Assembly: GCF_006345805.1 (NCBI RefSeq)
Contig: NC_043017.1
Span: 27,714,001-27,778,000 of the forward strand
Direction: 5' to 3'
Length of the DNA stretch: 64,000 nt
From: Octopus sinensis
Taxonomy: Eukaryota
Within the stretch, counting starts at the first letter, position 1; every line of letters starts with the position of its first letter. Made by a program: the position numbers and the translations under genes. This document shows positions 54,233-64,000 of the stretch, piece after piece. The notes under the pieces were generated by a model that ran no database searches, had not been told where the DNA came from, and was given only the letters and a program-made list of their open reading frames with translations.

Positions 54233-54624
54233 AGTGACATAGCTAGTGGTGGTGATGATGATGTCGATCATGATGATGATGATGACAACAACAATGGTCA
54301 TGATGAAGAAAAGAAAGTGGACGCCGACGATGATAGTGACCACTACACCGAGACTGGCGACAACAACGATGATGAAATTCACGTTAATGCATAAGCTCGT
54401 ACGCGTGATGATGATGATGATGCTGATGATGCTGCTAGTATTAGTGGCCGTCTTGGTGATTTAGATAATGACGATGGCCAGATTAGGAAGTTGAACTTCA
54501 ACAAGGCTCTATGTCACTGTTAATTGATTGTTCAGATATTTTAATATGTCTAAGTCAATCGAGAGGTCACTTAAATATATGATCACTTCTACGGCTTCAT
54601 TGCTTTCAAATTCTGTCTGTCTAA

Positions 54625-55068
<444 letters not shown>

Positions 55069-55078
55069 GTGTATGTAT

Positions 55079-55452
55079 AGGAGCATGCGTGGCTGTGTGA
55101 AGTGAAAAGGCGCTTCCCCTCTCACCACATAGTTCCGGGTTCAGTCTCACTGCACGGCACCTTGGGCAAATGTTTTCTACTATATTCTCATGTTGACCAA
55201 TGCCTTGTGAGTAGATTCGGTAGATAGACTGAAAGAAACCCATCCTATATATATATATATATATTTGTATATATTTGTGTGTGTGCTTGACCGCCGCCAT
55301 CACTTGACAACCGAAATTGGTGTGTTTACGTCCAGGCTAAGTACCAAGCTTACAAAGAATAAGTTCTGGGTTCTGTTTCTCTTACTAAAACTCTTTGAGG
55401 CCTTGCTCCAGCACCGCCGCTGTCGAAAGACTGAAACATTTAAAAGAACAGA
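55079..55452 (+). mobile_element. SINE family A, diverged
   Basis: gggttcagtctcactgcacggcaccttgggcaaat..gccttgtgagtagattcggtag..ctccagcac..gactgaaaca. Confidence 0.75.
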
Positions 55453-55505
55453 GTAATAATATATATATACATAATATATATATATATATATATATATGGA
55501 TGGAT

Positions 55506-55863
55506 GCACTCCGTCGGTTCCGACGACGAGGGTTCCGGTTGACCCGATCAACGGAACAGCCTGCTCGTGAACTTAACGTGTAAGTGGCCGAGCACTCCAC
55601 AGACACGGGGACATTCAACGTGACACAGAGAGTGACAAGGCCAGGCCGGCCCTTTGAAGTACAGGTACAACATAAACAGGAAGTAAGAGTGAGAGAAAGT
55701 TGTGGTGAAAAAGTACAGCAGGGATCACCACCATCCCCTGCCAGAGTCTCGTGGAGCTTTAGGTGTTTTCGCTCAATAAACACTCACAACGCCCGGTCTG
55801 GGAATCGAAACCGCGATCCTACGACCGCGAGTCCGCTTCCCTAACCACTGGGCCATTGCGCCT

Positions 55864-55865
<2 letters not shown>
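55506..55865 (-). mobile_element. SINE family B
   Basis: Colinear with 10102-10441; followed by (TA)n. Confidence 0.9.
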
Positions 55866-55950
<85 letters not shown>

Positions 55951-56527
55951 CATTTTCTTTATAAACAAATATATAAAGAGAGATGGAGAGAGAGAGTGTG
56001 TGTGTTTTTTTTGTGTGTAACTGTGTGCGCGCATTATTTGTGTTTCTTTTTCTCTGGCTCTCATTGAGTTAAAGCTGTACGCCACGCGCACACGCACACA
56101 CACCCTATACCTATAATACTGACGTTCACGTTTGTTTTGGGTGTGTCTAACTTCAGTATACGTAATTAAGACTGGCACAAACATCAGTACCGCACTTACT
56201 ACTAATAGTATCAGTTTCTCTAAATATCTGCTCCATAATTCTGTATGTTCATTTTAAATATATATATATATTTGACTGGCGGCATCGAATAGACGTCAAC
56301 ATATTTTTTTGTCTCTTACAACCAATTTAAGACAATTGTCTAGTTTTGAAATATCAGACTGTCATTAACAATATCTTGTCACCAGATACATTTATATACA
56401 TTTGTATATCGTACTTTCTGTAAGACATATATTTACTGAAATTCTCGGCGTAGCAATGACGGTTTGTTTTGAGTCATTTCGCTTTTTTTCTGTATGGTTT
56501 ATTGAAATTTTTGTTCTACATTTTCTT

Positions 56528-56695
56528 ATGCGCATGAATGGCTGCGAGGTAAGAAGCTTGTTTCCCGACCACGTGATTCTGGGTACAGTCCCACTGCACT
56601 GCATCTTAGGAAAATATCTTCTGGTATAGCCTCGGGCCTACCAAAGCATTGTGAGTGGATTTCGTAGATGGGAACTGAAAGAAACCCGTCGTATA
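56528..56695 (+). mobile_element. SINE family A, 5' half
   Basis: Head through gaaagaaacccgtcg, then (TA)n. Confidence 0.82.
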
Positions 56696-56716
56696 TATAT
56701 ATATATATATATATAT

Positions 56717-56825
56717 GTTGAAGAGCGTAGGCTCGAAACGTAAAAGACTTGTTTTATTTATATTCCTGAGCGCCATACTAATACGCCTGCCTTCGTCTTT
56801 TGCTTATTTTCATAAAGCTTCCCGT
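56717..56825 (+). mobile_element. 5'-truncated HHR family 1 element between (TA)n tracts
   Basis: gttgaagagcgtaggctcgaaacgtaaaagac..cctgagcgccatactaatac..; (TA)n on both sides. Confidence 0.6.
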
Positions 56826-56845
56826 TATATATATATATTTTTTTT

Positions 56846-56945
56846 TTCAGAATAAGATAAAAAAAAAAAAGACTGTGAAGATTTTAGAACATTTATAAAT
56901 GTTCTAAAATATTCACAGCCTTGGTTTTTTTTATCTCATTCTGAA
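56846..56945. repeat. 100-bp loopless palindrome
   Basis: Arms 56846-56895 and 56896-56945 pair at 45/50 without gaps. Confidence 0.9.
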
Positions 56946-57189
56946 TTTTTTTTATATACATATACACATGCTGATATATGACGTACGTTGGACTCCTTAT
57001 TCGCATAATCACCGAACCTGGGGCTTAAATATGGTCTGTCCTTATCACTTACTCAGCATTACCTGACACTTTTGGGTCTTATTCACACCATTACCTCTCA
57101 TAAACTATATATAGGTTGTCAAACGATGTTAAGGGACAAACGCAGACACAAAACATACACACGCACATACATATATATATACATATATA

Positions 57190-57352
57190 CACCGAGCTTC
57201 TTTCAGTTTCCGTCTACCAAATCCACTCACATGTTTTGGTCGGCCCGAAGCTATAGTAGAAGAATCTTGCGCAAGGTGCCACGCAGTGGGACTGAACCCG
57301 GAACCATGTGGCTTGTAAGCAAGCAACTTACCCCTCAGCCACTCCTGCGCCT
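57190..57352 (-). mobile_element. SINE family A, 5' half
   Basis: cttctttcagtttccgtctaccaaatccactcac..gcagtgggactgaacccgg..cagccactcctgcgcct. Confidence 0.88.
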
Positions 57353-57756
57353 ATAGCACTAAACCATTAAAAACATCTACGTCTTAAATATGATAACCTC
57401 AACCAGTGTGTTTCAGTTGCTTACGAATAATTTTCAATTTTCTGAGTTTTAAGAAAATATTTCATGAGGTTTAAGAAATAGTTTAATCCTCGTAATCTGA
57501 GTCAGAGTCGAGTGATCGGTTTCATGAGATTTTCTTTGATATTTAATGTGTGCACTTTAATCGATCTCATCAAGTGTGCTTTGGAAGAATGGAATATAGG
57601 CTAGAAATTTCTGTCTCTATTCCGTCATTATGTAGAAACACTAACATATACACTAATATACCATTATATAATATCAATACACTCACATATACGTACGCAA
57701 AAAACACAAATATATATATAGGTTTATATAGACAAATAGGTAGATATCTATCTATA

Positions 57757-58089
57757 TATCTATCCGCTCAGTCGATGTCGACTCTCGGTTACTCGTTGGA
57801 TCAGTGTCCTCCAGTCAGTTCTATCCTGGGCCGCTTCTTTCAGATTGGCTATGTCTATTCCGGTATCACTCTTGATTGTGTGAAGCCAGCGGGTTCTTGG
57901 TCGGCCTCTTCCTCTCTTGCCACGGACCATTCCGAGCATGATGTTCTTCTCCATGGATTTTCTCCGCATAATATGATCGAAATATGCCAATCTATGCTTG
58001 GTGATCCTAGCTTCTAGCGACATTTTCGGTCTGATCTGCTTACGAACTTCTCCATTGGTGAGCCTCGCTGTCCTTGGAATCCGTAAAAG
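57757..58089 (-). mobile_element. RTE-clade (BovB-like) LINE 3' fragment
   Basis: Open frame LRIPRTAR..LEARITKHRLAYFDHIMRR.SMEKNIMLGMVRGKRGRGRPRTRWL..AAQDRTDWR..VTESRHRLSG*, the typical RTE ORF C-terminus; followed by an (ATAG)-like tail. Confidence 0.88.
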
Positions 58090-59117
58090 GTACATATACA
58101 GGCAGACATATAACATGCATATACACATACATAAATAGAGATAAAGATACATACATAGATATAAAGGTGCATGCATAAATACGTATGTACGTGTATATAT
58201 GCTAAATCTGTTTGCTGGAAGTAAGGTGCGCTGCTAATAGAATGCAATATTCGGAATTGCAAACAAACCTATAAATATATGTAAAATCCACGTGATACAG
58301 GAACTGAAAATACGAAATATTTATCTTTCACAAATGTAGAAAATATCTAATAAAATCGTTTTATAAAGGAGACAGCATGCACATATTCTTCTTTCATGCT
58401 TTTTGATGCGCAGTTGCAAGCTCTGTCGTTTTCTTTGTAAAACTGACGATTGGTTTTATTATATTTTTATTCTACTAAACGTTGACAATCTTTAGTGCTG
58501 TACAAAACGGCGTGTAGTACTAATAGCGGCTCTTTAAACTCTTTCAAGTCATGCAGATATCAACTCTGCCATTGTCCGTTTCAGAGCTGTTAAAACAAAG
58601 CGTAGGTCAGTAATGCAGTGGAGAGGTCAGAACTGCAGGTGATGGAACTGACTAACACCTGACCCCAAATACTGTTTGACCTCGCTTTTACATTAAGAGT
58701 AGCTACGATGTTGTAGCGCCTGAATCTAATTCGGAATGGTTTTCTCTGACTTAGGTGAATCTTTCCCAATTTTTTAATCGTGCCAATAACTTATATGATG
58801 TTATATATCAATATGAAACGCCTTTTGAATGGTTCTGAACTTTATTGATCTGTAAGAAAAGAGAAGGAAGTGTGCCATAGGAGTCGATTATCAACAGAAG
58901 GAATAAAGCTGTAACTGAATATTGCTTTTATATTGGGTGAAAATGCGATTCTATTAATCGTACGCTTATATTCATGCAATTTTCATCATCACAAAAGGAA
59001 ATGTGTATCTGAGCATTAGTGTTTCTATTTCGGCAACCATGTTTCCCAGAACTCAAATTCGTTTCAGAAATAAATTCAACAACGGAATACCCTTCTTGCA
59101 GGAAATTAAGGCGCAAG

Positions 59118-59335
59118 TAGCTGAGCACTCCACAAACACGCATAACATTAACATAGTTCTCAAGATTCTGAGTAACACAGAATGTGTCTAGGTTGGCGCT
59201 TTGAAATACAGGTAATACTCTAGTCATTATTCCCAGTAGAATAGACTCGTGCAACGTGAAGTAAAGTGTTTCACTTAAGGACAAAATGCGCCGTCGGAGA
59301 TCGAACTCTAAATACCCAGCTAATTAAGCCATATC
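59118..59335 (-). mobile_element. SINE family E, diverged
   Basis: gctgagcactccacaaacacg..tttgaaatacaggta..gcaacgtgaagtaaagtgt..gagatcgaactc. Confidence 0.62.
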
Positions 59336-59884
59336 ACTTCACACACATGCACATACACCCACACCCACATGCACTCACATACACACACACATACACACAC
59401 ACACACACACGCACATACCACACACATACAAATATATGCATAGTTATATATGTGTGTGTCCGTGTACGTGTCAATCTGTATATTTTAGTCGTGTTTTTCC
59501 AACACTTTCTCTTGAAAACCGGTGTTCGTTTGGTCATTTCACCTTAGCTTGGCGAATTTTGCAAAATCATCAACAGAATAAAAAAGGGCTTCAAAAAATA
59601 CATACTAGGGTGGATTTCTCCTACTAAACAAATCAAGGCAGTCTCCCAGCGGAGCTGTATCCAATGACTAATGTAAATAAAACGCATATATTTATATAAT
59701 ACACACACTCACAAGTACACACGCACTTACCTCTCCTCCACAAAAATACACACACACACACGCACACACCACACCATATATATATATATATATAATATAA
59801 TATATAATATATATATATGTGTGTGTTGTATTTCTATGTAAGTCACTAACATATATATAATATAAAGGAACATTTTGTCGTACC

Positions 59885-60116
59885 TATTTCTTTACTACAC
59901 ACAAGGGGCTAAACACAGAGGAGGCAAACACGGACAGACAGACGGATTAGGTCGATTATATCGACCCCAATGCGTAACTGGTACTTAATGTATCGACCCC
60001 GAAAGGATGAAAGGCAAAGTCGACCTCGGCGGACTTTGAACTCAGAACGTAACGGCAGACGAAATACTGCTAAGTATTTCGCCCAGCGGGTAACATTTCT
60101 GCCAGCTCGCCGCCTT
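59885..60116 (-). mobile_element. SINE family C (Tx1-type tail), full monomer with 15-bp TSD
   Basis: Full head AGGCGGCGAGCTGGCAGAAA; TSD ACATTTTGTC(G/A)TACC at 59870-59884 and 60117-60131. Confidence 0.92.
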
Positions 60117-60514
60117 ACATTTTGTCATACCATATCAACTTTGAATATACAACCTTATAAATATTACGTAACGCAATGGTTTCCTACAAATTGCAACCGA
60201 TTAGAATATTAATTATGTTTTGATGGAAGCATACCAAATAATACTGTATTATGGGTAATGATTGTTAATATTAAACTATAAACGTTCTCAGTCATGTTAA
60301 TTGATGTACCAATATTATATCTTATAATTCGAAATGCAATTATAAAAATATCAAATATCGTAATTTATTTCATATTACGAACAATACACTAAACCTTTGA
60401 AACTACAAAACAGCATATATATAAACGTGTGGGTGTGTGTAAGTTCATGTGTGGGTATGGATATGTGGGCAAATGTGTATATGTATGTATATGTATACTG
60501 TATTTATTTCTGGA

Positions 60515-60516
60515 AA

Positions 60517-60557
<41 letters not shown>

Positions 60558-60641
60558 CATACATATATAAACATCAATGCATCAGTATGGCCGCAGCTCT
60601 GAGCTGAGACTATATGTATATATATATATATGTATATATGT

Positions 60642-60682
<41 letters not shown>

Positions 60683-60888
60683 GCTATACAGGGATATCAA
60701 TGTGCATATATACATGTATTCACATACATAAAAATACATGCATACAAACGCATGCACATACACACACATATATATACACGTACATGTATATATATATATA
60801 GGTATACTTGTATATATGTATATATGTATATATATATATATATATACATTCATACACATATACAATATACCTATATATATATATATAT

Positions 60889-60921
<33 letters not shown>

Positions 60922-61809
60922 CATATTTGCTTGTCTGTGAGTGCGTGTATATATATGCGCGTGTATAGTTGCATTGTCATGTGTTAGTGTATATGCACAT
61001 GTATGCATCTCCCTGCATATATACATGCAAGTAATCTGTTGTTTTCGTTTAGTTTTAATTTTCCGCTATTTCATTCACTCATGGAGGGGGAGAACGATAA
61101 AGAACATCGAAGGAAAATTATATCTGATGTGTTTAGGTTTTGCATTTGAATGTTGCTTCCTTTACTATATTGTGCCGGCACTTCCTGAGATGAATCACAC
61201 ACACACGCACACAGACAATCACACACGCACACAGACAATCACACACACCACACACACACATATATATATGTTTGTGTGTATTTATGTAGGTGTTTGTGTG
61301 AATATATCTATGTATGTGTATTTTAGTATCTTTGTTTCTGCGTCCGTGTGATTGTGGTTCATTGTACATATGTACGAATAAAAGAGAGAAAATGGAAAAG
61401 AATGAAAAAGAGAGAGACGTTGAAGAAGCTTATATATGTGTGTGTATGTGTGTGGTTATATTTGGATAAGCAAAATCGGAGAAAAAATATTACTGAAATC
61501 ATCTAGCATAGTTTAAATTTTGTTTTAAGCAAAGTTGGCCGTTCTGGAATCTCTGCATTCAGTCTTTTAGATAGAATGTTCAATCGTGACAACACGGAAT
61601 AGCGTCAGAATGAGGGAATAAACGGTTTGATATCATTCTCTCCCTCTCTTTCTCTGACGCTTTCTCTCTCTTTCACTCTCTCTCACTCAATTTATTATCT
61701 CATTAAACACTCATAGACATTCACACTCACACATACTCATGCATACGTATGTGTGTGTGTATATATATATACATATATATATATACATATATACATATAT
61801 AATATATAC

Positions 61810-61856
<47 letters not shown>

Positions 61857-62072
61857 TATATACATATATATACATTCATGTATATATGTGTGAGTTTGCA
61901 AGAATGTATATATATACATAGATACATATATATATATATATATCTTCATATATATACTCACACACATATATATATATCCATATATATAATATACATATGT
62001 ATGTGACTATATATATGAGTGATCATGTGTATATATGTGCATATATGCATGTGTGTATGTGCGTACACACAC

Positions 62073-62127
<55 letters not shown>

Positions 62128-62300
62128 TGCGTATATATAATATAGACTTACACATATAATTCCATATAACTTTATATATAATCTTACATATGTGCATGCA
62201 TACATGAAAGCATTTATGTGTATGTATGTGTGTGTGTGTGTGTGTGTTTTCGTGTTTGTGTGTATGCGTGAGTGTGAGCGCCTGTGTGTGTATGTATCTA
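60515..62300. repeat. Several TA/CA/TG microsatellite blocks
   Basis: Direct reading (60515-60925, 61195-61270, 61735-62260). Confidence 0.85.
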
Positions 62301-63835
62301 TATATATACATATACAAACAGATATGATAGATAGACTCTTTCAAATTCAATGTTTCAGTGCGTGCACTGCGGGTTAAATGGTAATTTTTATTTCCGTGCC
62401 TGTGTTCCTGAGTGTGTGTGTGTGTATATACGAGTATATATGCGTATGAGAGTGTATGATTAAATGCGTGTGTGTGTGTGTGTGTGCGTGTGTTTGTATA
62501 TGTGTTAAGTGTGGTTGTGTTTGTTTGTACGTATGTAGCATATTTGTACAGAATATTTACCAATTTACCAATTATATCACATGGTATCCCATGGTTATGA
62601 AGAGAAAACCATTATAACTCACCGAATTACATCGCATATCTCGTATCTCTGTTATTGATTTATCTTCACATTATTTCTAATTTCATACTTGGCTCGTCAG
62701 TGTGATGATGATTTAACGATACCAGAATATACAATAATATAAATAATTATAACACAAATGCATCTGATAATGATAATTATGAGAATAGCGAAAATAGCAA
62801 CAGTATAAATGATAATACATTCTCACATGTTGTTGTTGCTTTTCATATTCTTGTTCTGCATATTGCTGTTTAACCCCCGAGCCAGTCTTCATCGGGCAGA
62901 CATATTATTTGATAATTATTATAGACTTTGGAGACCAGATTATCTTCGCATTTATTTATATATTCATTTCATTGTTTCTTCATGTATTTATATCTAAATT
63001 TCTATCATATTTCCTTCTTTTTCGAAAAGCAGCGGAGTGTCGGGTGTGTAATTCGTGACTCCTATATCTAGAAAAAAATCGTGTGACAACATATTCATCA
63101 CTATTCGACCTAATGTAATTTCTGCTGGCATCATACATGATTAGTGGACACTAGATACGGTAAAGTGTTTGTAATTAGCAAACAAAAGAAATAATTAATC
63201 AATTAATTAAATATGTATATCCTATTCCTGTTTTTCGTTGGTTCCAGGTTTAAAATTAAAACCTATAATGCCACCAAAAAATATATAGAACAGATTAACT
63301 TCCACATTGTAAATGGCCGCCAGGGTTCACGACGACATCGAGACAATGTATTAGATCTGTAAGGATGTTTCTATTCCAAAGGACTGAACGCTTGCATTGT
63401 GTTACATTATAGTGTTTAGGCGTATGGGCTGTTAATTCTACTAAATTGTGAGACAGCGTTCATATAGATGAATGATAATAGTCTCCATGACAACAACTTT
63501 AGTGATAATAGAAGCTAAGTCGTTTTTCTTCACTCGCCGCCATGAAGATCACGACGAAATGTTTAGTGAAGTAAACTAGACAAGAAGTCAGAATTCAATA
63601 CTGGAAAGTAAAATAGAAGCCGAAACTATATTTACACTAAAAGAAATAGCGAAAACATTTTGGAATACACACACACACACCGCAAACACCGCTCACACAC
63701 ACAATCACACAAACATACACATATACTCAGTCGCACAGACACACTGTCAAATACAACTAAACAACTGTCAATCACTTATCTCTACTATTTTTGTCTTTCT
63801 ATCTCTCTTATTCCTTCCCAGTTTAATATATATAT

Positions 63836-63866
<31 letters not shown>

Positions 63867-64000
63867 CACATGCGAAGATAAATAGATATATTCAAATATA
63901 CTTAGACAGATATATAGACAGACAATCACACACACCGACGGACAGACAAACATTCAAACACAGAGAAAGAGAGAGATATATATATATAGATAGATATAGA

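Noticed and set aside
57763-57795. GTAACCGA shared between the RTE tail and the SINE B tail
   Set aside because: Only 8 bp; too short to claim partnership.

Overview
AT-rich, microsatellite-saturated eukaryotic non-coding DNA. The SINE repertoire points to a coleoid cephalopod, probably Octopus (inference from recalled repeat families). No host protein-coding exon could be recognised; nearly all listed ORFs are translations of (TA)n/(TG)n/(TATG)n/(TATC)n or triplet repeats. Main features: (1) a near full-length ~6.1 kb Tx1-clade (L1 superfamily) non-LTR retrotransposon at 43237-49376, with a CCHC ORF1 and an APE-RT-zf ORF2, embedded in (TATC)n on both sides; an unoccupied paralog of its insertion site lies at 53171-53408; (2) an abundant tRNA-derived SINE (family C) whose 3' 42 nt match the 3' end of that LINE and which moved as a tandem multimer with a 15-bp TSD; (3) three families of short Penelope-like elements carrying minimal type-I hammerhead ribozyme motifs with non-canonical cores, each ending at (TA)n; (4) further SINE families, Helitron-like non-autonomous elements, RTE fragments, local duplications and a 100-bp loopless palindrome. 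All alignments and counts were made by eye.
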